Shown here: positions 45,201 to 57,482 of the stretch, piece after piece
How the letters are laid out: every line of letters starts with the position of its first letter
How positions within the stretch are numbered: the first letter of the stretch is position 1
NCBI GenBank assembly: GCA_964016885.1
Contig: OZ024743.1
Span: 68,386,001 to 68,450,000, forward strand
Source: Eledone cirrhosa
Lineage: Eukaryota
Length of the DNA stretch: 64,000 bases
Direction: 5' to 3'
The notes under the pieces: model-generated
What the model was told of the DNA's origin: nothing
The model's database searches: none
What the model saw: only the letters and a program-made list of their open reading frames with translations
Translations under genes and position numbers: made by a program

Positions 45201-46826
45201 ACTCATCTACCACTAAATTTAGGATGTCAACCGAATCTTGTCCTAGCCCGTCAGCATTCATCTCCTCAGTGGCCGTATCTCTGTTCCAGGTATTATTTAT
45301 CTCAGTATTCAGATCATTGTCTGCTTCGGGTGGTTCCTCCGTTCTCAGGACCTCCTCACCTTCATTTCCCGCCGGCTCGCTTGTCTGGCATACTACACCC
45401 GCCATCTCCAAGCCATTCTCTCTGCTCAGTTCCTCCAGTTCCAGCTCGCTTATCCACCCATTAGTTCTTATTACCCGAGCCTGCCCGGCCAATTTTTGTT
45501 CATCTAATTTAAATAAACCAATCTCGTTCCAGATGTTATGCATCCGTCTCCTGTAGCCCCTCTCCTTGGGGTTACTTTTCAGGTAGCATTGCATAACAGT
45601 TCTATTCAATTCTTTCGTCCAGTTGGTTCTGGCCCCTTTCCTTCTTCTTCTTCCTCCAACATCAGCAGTATTTGGTTGACAGTCAGGTTCTTGCTGCTGA
45701 GCCAGGGGGCACCTGTTGGGTGAGAGTCTGTCACATGACGTTCTAGTCTCCATTTCACCGTTATTCGAACTGTTTATGTTCGATATTTAAACACTCTTAT
45801 CGAGGATTGGCGAATGTATGTTTACATAGCCATCTGTGGATCCGCCATCCCACTTGGCCCTTGTGTGGCATTATCACCACGCTGTATACGAACACACATA
45901 AACAAACAAACACACGGGCAGAAAGGGCCCCAAAAATGAATAAGCATATGTTTCATTGTAATGTAGTATTCGAATGTCTGACTTAGTTTTTGTTTTTTAA
46001 GTTTTACTTTTTCCCCCCTCTTCTCTGTCCGTCCGCCTGCTTCTCTCTTCATTCTTATTTTCTTTACGTTTTTGGGGTTTCTTTTTTTGTTTTTGTTTTT
46101 CTCTGTTTGTTTTTCTCGTTTTTTGCTGTTGTTGCTGTGCTGCTTTGGTTTTGTTGTTTGTTTTTTCTTTTTTCTTTTGAGTCTATCTATATATTTTGAT
46201 GCCTTCCTCTTTGTTAGTAGTAGGAATTCTATAATGTGGAAGTGGCAGCCAGCAGGGAGAAGTGGGAGACTGGCGGCGTTGGCGATACTGAGACAGTGGT
46301 GGTGGTGATGTCGATACCGAGGCAGTGGTGGCGGTGATGCGACCGTATTACTGTAGTGATGGTGCTGTAGCGGTGGCAGCAGCAGTGAAGGAGTCAAGGG
46401 GTGGTGGCGGCGGTGATGGGATAGTGGTGGTAATGATGGCCGTAGTGAGCGGTGGCGGTGAAGGTGAAAATGCTGTTGTGTTTAGTGTACACAGATGATG
46501 GGGTGGGTGGTGTATCTAGTTTCTGGTGTTGGTGAGTTTAGCTGTCCTATATAGTGTAGCCAGAGGAGAGGAGGGGGGGTTCTTCTTCTTCCATTTATAG
46601 CCATTTTTTTATTTTTGGATATACAGTGTACAATACAAAGTTGAATATTTGAATATTTGAGCCTTATAACAATATATTTTGGGTCCGAATTTTTTTGGGC
46701 TCAAGCCGGGTGCTTTACGTAGCATTTGTACTAAGAGTTGTTATTTCACAAATGATTTAAATATGTTAAAAATTCAAAACTTACGGGAGCGATTTCATGA
46801 CCTCCGTCCCTCGTGCGTCTTCTTCC
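42285..46826 (-). mobile_element. Full-length R4/Dong-type non-LTR retrotransposon, family A copy 1
   Basis: Single RT-RLE ORF, short 3'UTR ending gagattcaaggaa(taa)n, ~1-kb leader, and (TTA)n tracts at both ends. Confidence 0.9.
42415..45753 (-). CDS. RT + CCHC zinc knuckle + restriction-like endonuclease polyprotein (1112 aa; premature stop ~18 codons before the normal end)
   Basis: KSPGPDG, NYRPITCL, EQKG, WIDYRKAFD, QGDSLSPLLF, FMDD, YKYLG, GGRGL, CRICGEREETVAHIVSEC, RHD, RPD..DVACP..K..RY. The paralog at 58206 continues QKACLLGTARTLRYVLNI. Confidence 0.9.
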   Translation of the reverse strand: METRTSCDRLSPNRCPLAQQQEPDCQPNTADVGGRRRRKGARTNWTKELNRTVMQCYLKSNPKERGYRRRMHNIWNEIGLFKLDEQKLAGQARVIRTNGWISELELEELSRENGLEMAGVVCQTSEPAGNEGEEVLRTEEPPEADNDLNTEINNTWNRDTATEEMNADGLGQDSVDILNLVVDELNNDSGRPMNLRFVDRKKLKETTAKVNKVIPYLEARSLHQCNNILKATANTVRKLLGIKARGNNRQERAEPWWKKRLSGQIGEMRNDIGKLESLLNGTLKNIGTKNRLEIKYKTRSKKLNIIIEELKQRIVAKSAKIRRYENRVSQYKQNRMFDNNQKMLFGQLEGKERGNDLIPGAEQAKTFWRGIWEQDVRHNAQAGWIETVQREIGEQAQQQTDLSITVETLKGQAKKLTNWKSPGPDGVQGYWIKHLTSLHPKLTAMFNDCLVSGEVPEWLTKGTTVLIMKDRIKGNDVTNYRPITCLPVMWKLLTSIVSEEIYHHLHANNLLPDEQKGCRKKSRGTKDQLLIDKMVMGNCRRRHTDLAMGWIDYRKAFDMVPHSWITKSLEIFRVADNIRQLLGRSMGSWETELTSTGVSLGSVKIKRGNFQGDSLSPLLFVLALMPLTIMLRKVRAGYKLGRGELTINHLLFMDDLNIFGKSEKELDVLVDTVRIFSSDICMQFGIGKCGVIVMKRGRLSRSNGIQIPTGEMIKEIDSEEGYKYLGVLEADGIKNKKMKELLRTEYIRRVRSVLKSHLNSRNAISAVNSRAVSIIRYSAGILRWNVAEQKEMDRKTRKLLTIYNMFHKRSDVDRLYLRRSEGGRGLISIEDCVQMEKNNLYKYVTYSKEPMLRTVLKEGTVGQGISKEEITSRRKSSLKGKSLHSTFFEKTEFRDPQTWNWLRRGDLKKATEGMLMAAQEQALKTKWLKHHIYKEEASPLCRICGEREETVAHIVSECKHLAQTHYKGWRHDVMGRVIHWHLCKVNNLPHSEKWYEHRPEAVMENSQVKVLWDFRIQTDKKLEHNRPDLVVVDKEKRSCLIVDVACPFDTRVQEKEREKINRYQDLKWEVKRIWNCHEVKVIPIVIGALGTISKGFQGWLKKIGPFTLFGTL

Positions 46827-46867
46827 ATTATTATTATTATTATTATCATTATTATTATTATTATTAA

Positions 46868-46914
<47 letters not shown>

Positions 46915-46916
<2 letters not shown>

Positions 46917-49900
46917 GTTCTTTGAGTCTCAGTCATTGATGTTGGTTAACTGGAAAGTTTGTTGAAATGAATATCAAGCCAATACATGCCGCCTCAGATA
47001 TTCAGGGCGTATCGCAGGGTTCTTGCTGTTCCCAGTAGCATGCCGTTTGAAGCGTTCCAAAAAGCGTGAAGGGGCCAATTTTCTTTAACCATCCCTGGAA
47101 ACTTTTTGAGATAGTACCTAGTACGCCTATGACAATCGGGACCACTCTGACTTCATGGCAGTTCCAAATCCTTTTTACCTCCCACTTTAAGTCCTGGTAT
47201 CGGTTAATTTTCTCCTTCTCCTTCTCATTCTCTTGCACTCTCGTGTCGAATGGGCAGGCCACATCCACAGTCAGGCACGATCTTTTTTCTTTGTCCAAAA
47301 CCACCAGGTCAGGTCTATTGTGTTCCAGTTTCTTGTCCGTCTGTATCCTAAAATCCCACAGCACCTTCACCTGATCGTTTTCTATCACCGACTCTGGCTT
47401 ATGCTCATACCACTTCTCAGAATGTGGTAAATTGTTTACTTTGCATAGGTGCCAGTGGATCACCCTGCCCATCACATCATGACTCCAGCCCTTATAGTGA
47501 GTCTGGGCTAGGTGATTACACTCGGATGCAATGTGAGCCACAGTCTCCTCTCTCTCTCCACAGATCCCGCACAGTGGGCTAGCCTCCTCCTTGTAAATAT
47601 GGTGTTTCAAGCACTTCGTTTTGAGGGCCAGCTCTTGCGCAGCCATTAACATTCCTTCTGTAGCCTTTTTAAGGTCTCCTCTTTTCAACCAGTTCCATGT
47701 CTGTGGATCTCTGAATTCAGTTTTCTCAAAGAAGGTACTATGAAGGGATTTTTCCTGAAGGCTGCTCTTTCTCCTTATTGTTATTTCCTCCCTGGACATC
47801 CCCTGGTGTATTGTCCTCTCCTTCAGTACAGCTCTGAGCATTGGCTCCTTACTATCAGTCACGTATTTTTGTAGGTTGTTTTTCTCCATATGAACACAGT
47901 CCTCTATGCTGATAAGACATCTTCCATCTTCAGATCTCCTTAAGTAGAGTCTATCCACATCACTCCTCTTGTGGAACATGTTGTAGATAGTCAATAGCTT
48001 CCTAGTCTTCCTATCCATTTCTTTTTGTTCAGCAACATTCCATCTCAGAATTCCCGCACTGTACCTAATAATAGACACAGCTCGGGAATTTACTGCACTT
48101 ATGTCATTCCTACTGTTCAGATGTGAATTTAATACGCTCCTTACTCTCCGAATGTATTCAGTTCTTATCAATTCCTTCATTTTTTTGTTCTTGATGTCAT
48201 CAGCCTCCAGAACACCCAAATACATGTATCCTTCTTCAGTGTCAATTTCCTTTATCATCTAACCTGTTCGCACCTGGATTCCGTAGCTTCTGCTCAATTT
48301 ACCCTTCTTCATCACAAGTACTCCACACTTACTAATACCAAATTTCATACATATATCATTGCTGAAAATACGGACAGTGTCAACAAGCACATCCAACTCC
48401 TTCTCGCTCTTCCCGAAGAGCTTAAGATCGTCCATGAAGAGGAGGTGATTGATGGTAGCTCTCCCTTTCCCAACTTGTATCCTGCTCTCACTTTTCGCAG
48501 TATAATGGCCAGCGGCATCAGGGCAAGGACAAATCTCCCTGGAAGATACTTCTCTTGATCTTCACGCCGCCCAAGGATTCTCCAGCTGATGTTATCTCTG
48601 TTTCCCAGGACTTCATACTTTTGCCCAACAACTGTCTGATGTTATCTCCCACCTTGAAGATCTCTAGGCTTTTGGTGATCCAAGAATGAAGCACCATGTC
48701 AAATGCTTTTTTGTAGTCTATCCCTCCCATGGCAAGAACAGTGTGTCTCCTCTTGCAATTCTTCATTACCATCTTATCAATAAGTAACTGGTCCTTTGTA
48801 CCAAGGGACTTCTTTCGGCATCCTTTCTGTTCGTCCGGTAACAAGTTGTTTGTGTGGAGGTGATGGTAGATTTCCTCAGACATAATGCTTGTCAACAGTT
48901 TCTACATTACGGACAGACATGTGATAGGTCTATATTTGGTAACATCATTATCCTTGAATCGGTCGTTCATTACCAGAACTGTGGTACCTTTTGTCAACCA
49001 CTCTGGTACCTCACCTGACATCAAGCAGTCATTGAACATGGTTGTCAGTTTCGGGTGGAGGGATGTTATATTTTTAATCCAATATTCCTGCACACCATCT
49101 GGGCCTGGTGATTTCCAGTTGGTTAGTTTTTTGGCCTGCCCCTTAAGTCAGTTTGTTGGTGTGCCTGTTCACTAATCTCCTTCTGTACTGTCTCAATTCA
49201 CACTACCTGGTCATTATGTTTAACATCCTGCTCCCATATACCTCTCCAGAATGTTTTAGTTTGTTCCGCCTCAGGGATCAAGTCGTTGCCTCTTTCTTTC
49301 CCCTCAAGCTGTCCAAACAGCATCTTCTGGTTATTGTCAAACATGCGGTTCTGTCTATACTGACTGACTCTGCTCTCGTATCGCCTCATTTTTGCACTCT
49401 TTGCTACAGTGCATTGCTTCAGTTCCTCTATGATAATATTTAGCTTTTCCCTCCTAGTTTTGTACTTTATTTCCAGTCTATTTTTAGTGTCTATGTTTTT
49501 TAGTGTCCCATTCAGTAGGGACTCAAGCTTTCCAATGTCAGTTCTTATTTCCCTGATTTGACCACTCAGTCGTTTCTTCCACCAAGTCTCTGATCTTTCT
49601 TGTTTGCTGTTTCCTCTCGCTTTTATACCAAGTAATTTCCCCACCGCATTTGCTGTTGCTTTGACGATATTGTTGCACTGGTGAAGGTTCCTCGCCCTAA
49701 GGTATGGGATGACTTTGTTTACCTTAGCTGTTGTTTCTTTTAACTTTTTCCTGTCTACAAATCTTAGGTTCATAGGTTTCCCACTATCATTGTTCAATTC
49801 ATCTACCACTAACTTTAGGATATCAACCAAATCTTGTCCTAGCCCGTCAGCATTCATCTCTTCTATGGCCGTATCTTTGTTCCAGGTGTTATTTATTTCA

Positions 49901-51807
49901 GCATTCAGATCATTGTCTGCTTCGGATGGTTCCTCCGTTCTTTCACCGTCTTCACCTTCATTTCCCACTGGTTCGTTTGCCTGGCATATTTCACTCTCCA
50001 TTTCCAAGCTAATCTCTCTGCTCAGTTCCTCAAGTTCCAGCTCGCTTATCCACCCATTAGTTCTTATTACCTGAGCCTGCTCGGCCAATTTTTCTTCATC
50101 TAATTTAAATAGACCAATCTCGTTCCAGATGTTATGCACCGTTTCCTATAGCCTTGGGGTTACTCTTCAGGTAACATTGCATAACAGTTCTATTCAATTC
50201 TTTCGTCCAGTTGGTTCTGGTCCCTTTCCTTCTTCTTCTTCCTCCGGCACCAGCAGTATTTGGTTGAAAGCCAGGTCCCTGCTGCTGAGCCAGGGAGCAC
50301 CTGCTGGGTGAGAGTATGTCACATGACATTCTAGTCTCCACTTCACCGTTATTCGATCTGTTTAGGTACGACATTTAAACACTCTTATCGAGGATTGGTG
50401 AATGTATAGTTACATAACCACCGGTGATTTCATCACTCCCGGTAATTATTGTCTGGCCCTATCACGCTGTAGACGAACATAAATAAACAAACAAACAAAC
50501 AGGCAAAAAAAAAAAACCAAAAAGAATAAGCATAAGTTTCATTGTAATGTAATGTTTGACTGTCTGACTTAGTTTTCCCTTCCCTTCTCTGTCCGTCTGT
50601 TTGTTTCTCTCTTCATTTTTCTTTTCTTTACGTTTATCGTTGTTGCTGTGCTGCTTTGATCTTTTTTTTTTTTTTTTTTTTTTGGACCGGGTCATCAATT
50701 CGATCTATTTATATATTTTGATGCCTTCCTCTTTTAGTGGGAACACTACGATGTATGTGTTGGCGGGGGGTAGTGGGAGAGAATAGCGGCGGTAGTGATA
50801 ATGAGGCAGTGGTGGTGGTGGTGGTGGTGGTGCTGTGCTAGTAGTGCTTAGCAGGAGGTAGTGGGAGAGAATAGTGGCGGTAGCGATAATGAGGCAGTGG
50901 TGATAGTGATGTGATCGTAGCACTGTAGTGATGGTGTTGAAGTTGAGGCAACTTGACCAGAGTTTTTAGCGTGGTAGTGGTGGTGGTGTTGGTGGTGAAA
51001 TTATCTTCTCTGTCCACTTAGCTATTTAGCTATTTAGCTAACTATTTAGTCATTTTGCCATTTCCTCCTTTTCGACTCTAACATTCCTGATCCAAAATTA
51101 AATATGAATATTGTTTATTAATATTGTCTAGTGATACCGCCACCTTCCCCTTTCGTAAGTTAACAGAAGGTAATGGGGGAATAGCGGTGGTAGCAATGAA
51201 GGAGTGGTGGCGGCGGTGTTGGGATAGTGGTAGCAATGATGGATGGGGTGGTGGCGGCGGGGACTGTAGTGATGACGTTGTCGTTACTGACTTTTGTTGA
51301 ATAGACTGTAGTTTGTTTGTTTGTTCGGTGAATCTATGCGGTTAGTCGCGTATGTTTAATATATGTGTTGACATATAACTTTAATATTGGATTAAACATT
51401 TTGTGAAAACTTGAGACAATAATAATAGTAATTACTATTATTATGCTGGGAGAGGTGGTGATGGTGGTGAAATTGCCGTTATCTGGCTGTTGTATTTAGT
51501 GTACACAGAGGGGGTGATGGGATAGGTGGTGTATCTACGTTGTGGTGTTGGTGAAATTGCTGTTATTTGGCTGTTCTATATAGTGTAGAAAGAGGGGGTT
51601 TCTTCCATTTATAACCATTTTCTTTTTTGAATATATAAATGTATAATACAAAATTAAATATTTGAGCGGCATAATAGAATACTATGGATCCGAAATTTTC
51701 TGATGGTTGAGTCCGGTGCTTTATGTATCAGTTGTACTAAGAATTGCTCTTTCACAATTGATTTAAATATGGTAAATATCAAAAGCTTACGGGAGCGATT
51801 TCATGAC
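46915..51807 (-). mobile_element. R4/Dong family A copy 2, full-length but pseudogenised
   Basis: ORF pieces 50132-50374, 49198-50139, 48902-49093, 48518-48895 and 47002-48258 are collinear with copy 1. It has the same 3'UTR and leader and is bounded by (TTA)n. Confidence 0.9.
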
Positions 51808-51841
<34 letters not shown>

Positions 51842-51842
<1 letters not shown>

Positions 51843-54800
51843 TGCATTTATCTTGCTTTATGTTTATACGAGTTATCACCAAGTCACAACCAGTGACCTC
51901 AAGAGACAACAAGGTCCGCCATGTTCAAGAAAGAACACACATATTCACACATGCATCCTTAGTGTTTAGACTTGTGATGTACTTATATTGACAGGATCTT
52001 CCTTAGTATATGGGCAGTTCCCATTAGTACTATCTTTTGTATTTCTCCTATACGCGGGTTTCCTGGGATTTGCGATAAGTAGTCGTTAGACCCCTTAGGT
52101 ATCATTCCCAGAGCGCCTACAACCACTGGTATTGTTTTAGTTCTCAATTTCCACATTTTTCCAATTTCTATCTCCAGGTCCTTATACTTGCTCAATTTTT
52201 CAAATGTTTTTATAGATACATTCTTGTCTATTGGAACAGACATATCAATTAGCAGGCATACCCTACTTTGAAAGTCCTTCAATATTATATCAGGTCTATT
52301 TGCATCTATTTTTCGGTCTGTTTGGATGCTAAAGTTCAACAAGATTGAGATGTGATCTTTTTCAAGTATGGGAGGTGGTTGATGCTCCCACCAATTCTTT
52401 TGATGGGGCAGGTCAAAATGCTTGCACATTATCCAATGTATGTATTGTGCAGCTCTGTCATGCCTGTTTAGGTATTCGGTTGGAGCTATAGGACTGCACA
52501 TTGAAATTATATGGTCAATGGTCTCTGGTTGTTTTTTGCATACACGGCATAATGGGCTGCACCCATTTTTTATTATGTTGGCTTGGTAATTTTTTGTTGG
52601 CAGACACTGATCTTGTGCGGATATAATCAGTCCTTCAGTCTCCGATTTCAGTCCAGAGGATGCCAACCACTGATGGGTTAAAGTTTTGTCAACATCAGGA
52701 TTGTTAGCTCGCTCTGGGTATTTTCCATACAGAGGCTTTTCTTGCCATTTCTTAGCCAGTTTCTGTAGCAGTTCTTTCTTTGCAGTTACTTTTACCTGCT
52801 TTGCTTTTTCTGTGTTTTCCATTTCAGCAGTAAATGGGACTTCTGAAATTTGTAGTCCATTACTGTATCTTTGTGCATCTTTTGTAATGGAATATGATCT
52901 TTTGGTGCTTTCGTGTTTCAAAACGAGTTTGATCATCCAATCATGTGATTCCCTTAGATATGTGGATAATCCAATTGTTGCAGTTTTCAACGCAATGTCT
53001 AACTGGATTAACCCACGTCCTCCTTCTTTCCTAGGGAGATATATTCTATCTATGTCTGCCTTAGGGTGATGCATTCTGTGCATGGTTAAGAATTTTCGGA
53101 TTTTTGTATCGAGCCTACGGATCTCTGTGCTTGACCAGTTGATGACATTGTAACTGTAGGTTACTACTGGTATGGCAAGCGTGTTTATGGCATCGATCCT
53201 ATTCCTTGCATTCAATTCCGTTCTTAAGATTGCTCTGACTCTGCGGTAACATTCCTTCCTTATCCTTTCCCTCATTGTCGAGTGCTTGATTCCGTCTCCT
53301 TCACAAACACCTAGATATTTGTAAGTTTGTTCTTGATCAAGCTCTCTTATCACATTCCCCCGATCAAGATTAATGTCTGAACTCTTCAGCAGCTTTCCTC
53401 TGGTGAACGTTGCTTTCGCGCATTTATCCAGTCCAAACTCCATTTTAATGTCATCATTGAACTGCTTCACAGTGGATAATAGCGCTTGCAATTGTTCATC
53501 ATTTTTTGCAAATAGTTTCAGGTCATCCATGTAGAACAGGTGATTAATGGTTTTGTCATAGACTCTATATCCATGTTTTGTTTCATTGAGCATTTTACTT
53601 AATGGTATAAGTGCGATGCAGAATAAAAGCGGTGATAAAGAGTCACCCTGAAAAATTCCACAATTAATGTTAACTTCTCCAGCTTCCAGTGATTTTGTTT
53701 CACTATTCAAAAGGAGTGTCGTTCTCCATGTCCTCATACTGAATGACAAAAACCTCCTGACAACGGGGGATATTTTGAAAATCTCTAAACATTTTTCAAT
53801 CCAACTGTGTGGCAAACTATTAAATGCTTTTTTATAATCTATCCAAGCAATCGATAGGTTTTTGTGTCTATTATGACAATCTTCCAGTATCATTTTGTTA
53901 ACCAGAAGCTGATCCTTACAGCCATATGAGCCTCGTTTACACCCTTTCTGCTCAATGGGAAATAGGTCATTTGTTATCAGGTGGTCATATGTGTATTCAG
54001 TTAGGACTGATGTTAACATTTTATACATTGTTGTCAAGCACGTTATCGGTCTGTAATTTTTGGGATTGTTTGTCTCATCATTCTTCGGTAGCAGGAATGT
54101 AATGCCGTTAACTAGCCATGATGGTATCTTTTCTGGCTCCTTAACTATTTCATTGTAAAGTTGGGCTAACAGCTCATGAGACTCTGTGAAGGCATTTATC
54201 CAAAAGTTTTGTATTTTGTCTTTTCCTGGGGATTTCCATTTGCTGGTTTTTCTTAGAGCCAAGCGCAGCTGTTCAACTGTTATATTTTCCCATGTTTGTT
54301 CTTCAAGGTGAGCTGTTTCTTTCATTTGTCTGTCTATCCATGGGGCATGTATGTTATGAACTTTTTCTTCGGCCCAGATCTTTTCCCAGAATTCTTGCAC
54401 TTCCTCCTTGGGTGGTATTGATTTAGCAGTTATTGATGACTTACCAATTTTTCTGTAGAAGTTTCTTTGGTTGTTTTTGAACATATTATTGTCCTTATAG
54501 AATCTAGATCGTTTTTCAAAGCGCCTTATACGAGCAGCTTTGGCCGACACTTTTTGCTTGATTGTTTCTATCAGCATGTCTATGTCACATGTTGATCTTA
54601 TACTGTACTTTTTTTTCAATTTTCTAAGTTTAGTTTGTTTAACATGTTCACCTACTTTATAGTTTGTTAAAATTTCTATGTCAGATCGGAGAAGGTTTAT
54701 TTGGCGATTGATGTTATCTTGCCATGTAGATTTCTTGTGGGAATTCCTTTGTTTTTTCATCTTCACTCCACATAAGTGAGTGGTGACTTTAGCCGATGCA

Positions 54801-55800
54801 TAATAGAGATGATTTAAGTCAGTAATGTTTATTTTGTTTGTGATGATAATGTTTTTGAGAATTATGTTAGTCTTGTGTATTATCTTTTGGTTCTGTTTGG
54901 AGTTCTGGATCTTAGGGAGGGTGTCTCGTTCCCCCATGTCAGATTCTTTCATTTTCATCCATTCGATCATAATTTAATCCTTCAAGTTGGCAAGTTCATT
55001 CTCATTCATTTCTTTATCATTTACGATCTCATTATTTTCATTTGCAGTTTCATCCTGAGCATGCACTCCCTCCACTTTTTCGCTCCTTTCTTTAATTTGT
55101 TCTGTTGCCAGTGATTCCGCCCCAACTCTGGGATTCGAAGTGTTACAGTTTACCTCGTTTTCACTGACACATGCTTCATTTTCCCTTCGCTGACTTTGTG
55201 CTACTAGCTTGATCTGATCAATTTCTATATCAGTTAGTAACTGTTTTCTTACAATATTTCTTCGTATATTGGCTAGTTTGTTACTGTCAATATAGCCTCT
55301 GTTTTCGGGATGTTTCTTTTTCCAGTTGATATACGTTTGCTCTGTATTCGATGTATTTGATGGGTAGTACATGGCAGTGTAGAAAGCCTCAAGGACTTCT
55401 TTATTATCTTCCCTTGACCATTTTTCTCTCTTTTTCTTTGGATTTCTTGGTGGTGAGCATGGAGGGCCAACAGTAGGAGTATTCCGGTTATGGGAGGTCT
55501 CCAGCTCCGAAGTGATGGGAAGGTTTGAACCATTAGCTGATTTTTCGACCCCAGTCTGGTTCCTCTCTGAGGGACGCGGCCCTTTTTTACCCGGGTGACG
55601 GCCGATCCGGTATGAGATTTCATCATTAGACATCTACTTTATTTTGTCGCGTTTTATCCTTATCCGCCAAGGGGTAATCTTTTCGTGTTACCACTTCTAG
55701 AACGAGTGTCAACCAAGACTAGAGGGGTCGTTCTCCCCTAGAGACATGGCTATTCCCCGCCGGCCGCCATCCCGGTATTTCTTGGTCACGGGGTTTTCTT
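51842..55800 (-). mobile_element. R4/Dong-type element, family B, apparently full-length
   Basis: Distinct protein and 3'UTR, a 3' end running into (TAA)n at 51808-51841, and a structured 5' region at 55640-55790. Confidence 0.9.
51983..55633 (-). pseudogene. Family B RT-RLE ORF (~1216 codons) split by a single in-frame TAA at 54974-54976
   Basis: ORFs 54974-55633 and 51983-54970 are in the same frame. Motifs: KSPGKD, NYRPITCL, GIFQGDSLSPLLF, YMDD, CRVCKKQPETIDHIISMC, RHD, NRPDII..IDMSVP..KLSKY. Confidence 0.9.
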
Positions 55801-56119
55801 TTTGTTGTTTTTTTTAAATTGTTATTATCATGAGTGGTTCCTTAATGTGAGCATTGCGTGGCTTAAGAATGAAATTATTAATAATTGTCTCCACTCCAGG
55901 CACAAGGCCAGCAATCACCCAGTGCATTACAATAATATAATATACTTTTTGTTGTAGTTGGCTGTTATTGCTGCTGGCTATGTCGGTGGTGGCGCCGGGG
56001 CTTTTTATATTGTTGGTGAGGAAGGGGTGAGCCAGCAGTCCCATAATTGTTGATGTAGACGTTTGTCCATGGCAAGGTCACCAAGTCAATCTATTTATAT
56101 CTTTTGCTAGCCTCTCTCT

Positions 56120-56840
56120 TGTCTAGTGCTACCACCACCTTCCCTTTTCTCTCTCAAGTTAACAGGGGAATAGTGTCAGTAGCATTGAATGAGTGGTGGC
56201 GGCGATGATGGATGTGGTGGTGTTGTGGTTACTGATATAGTATCTATGAGTTTGTGTTCGTATGTTTAATATATATTTTCATTATATTTTGAGTTCAAAT
56301 CCCGCCGAGGTTGACTTTACCTTTCATCCTTACGGGGTCGATAAAATAAAGTACCAGTAATGCACTGGGTAATTGCTGGCCTTGTGCCTAAAGTAGAAAC
56401 AATTATATTTTGTGTTTACATATTCCCGTAAAATTTGAATTAAACATTTTTTTAAATTTGAGACAATAATAATAGTAATTATTATTATGATGCCGGTGAA
56501 GTTGCCGTTATATTTAGTGTGATGGGATAGGTAGTGTATCAAGTTTCTGGTGTTGGTGAAATTGAAATTGCCGCTGTTCTATATAGTGTAGACAGAGGGT
56601 GTTTTGTTCCATTTATAACCATTTTCTTTTTTTGAATACAAAATATATAATACAAAATTGAATATTTGAGCGATACAACAATATAATATGGATCCGAAAC
56701 TTTATGGGACCTCATTCGGTGCCTTTATGCAACATTTGTGCTAAGAATTGTTCTTTCACAATTGATTTAAATATGTTAAAAATCAAAAAACTTACGGGAG
56801 CAATTTCGTGACGTTCTACCACCTCGTGCGTCTTCTTCCC
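56120..56840 (-). repeat. Third copy of the family A-type leader (homologous to 51124-51807 and 46470-46826)
   Basis: Shared blocks such as ttcacaattgatttaaatatg, cttacgggagc and cctcgtgcgtcttcttcc, next to (TTA)n. Confidence 0.8.
56288..56405 (+). mobile_element. 5'-truncated SINE S1 inserted in the leader
   Basis: S1 core and tail, an 11-bp TSD ATTATATTTTG, and absence from the homologous leader at ~51360. Confidence 0.85.
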
Positions 56841-56889
<49 letters not shown>

Positions 56890-56890
<1 letters not shown>

Positions 56891-57470
56891 GTCCAACACC
56901 TGCTGTCACGTGTAGGACCTATCCAGCTATCAGCTGAGTCCATCGTGAGGATTGCCCCGCCCCCTTCCTTTAGCCTGGAAGGGCAGGCAGTTTTTATCTG
57001 TCTGGTGGCCATGGCGAAAGAGATAGTATGGTGGACACGTTTGAAAGGGCTGAAGACGAGCACTTACCTCTTCGGTGATGCCCTGATTAACTTTTTCAAA
57101 TTTCATTTGAAAAGGAAAATCAGGGTAGAGAGGGAAGTGCTCTCTTCCCAGCATTTTGTTGAAAGATGGGTGAGAGAAGCAAGTATGGCCCGAATGAATG
57201 GGCCTTCTCTGAGTATGTGTCTGTAAATTAAAGGTGGAAAACTGGGAGAGGGCACTTGCCCTGGTGGTCAGGGCCACTGTGGTCTTTTAATGGGCTTTCT
57301 CCACAAATGTCCCTTGGAAGTCTCCCCCCTATTGGGGAATTTTTCTTTGTTATTTTATTTCAACCTCTGTTTTTTTACACGCAGAAATGCCCATTTGTAC
57401 CGTCCTGTATTGTCCTGTACTGTCCTTAATGTCTACTTTATGTGAACCCTTGTGGTTAATAAAGAAAACA
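56890..57470 (+). mobile_element. 3' end of a Tx1-type LINE (C-terminal ORF2 + 3'UTR)
   Basis: LVAMAKEIVWWTR..FVERW C-terminal signature, a pyrimidine-rich UTR, AATAAA at ~57458, and (TTA)n on both sides. Confidence 0.65.
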
Positions 57471-57482
57471 TTATTATTATTG

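Noticed and set aside
46700-46826. Spliced-leader RNA gene (short exon + GTAAGT)
   Set aside because: No clear Sm site follows the donor, a cis acceptor lies downstream, and SL trans-splicing is not established for the inferred host group.
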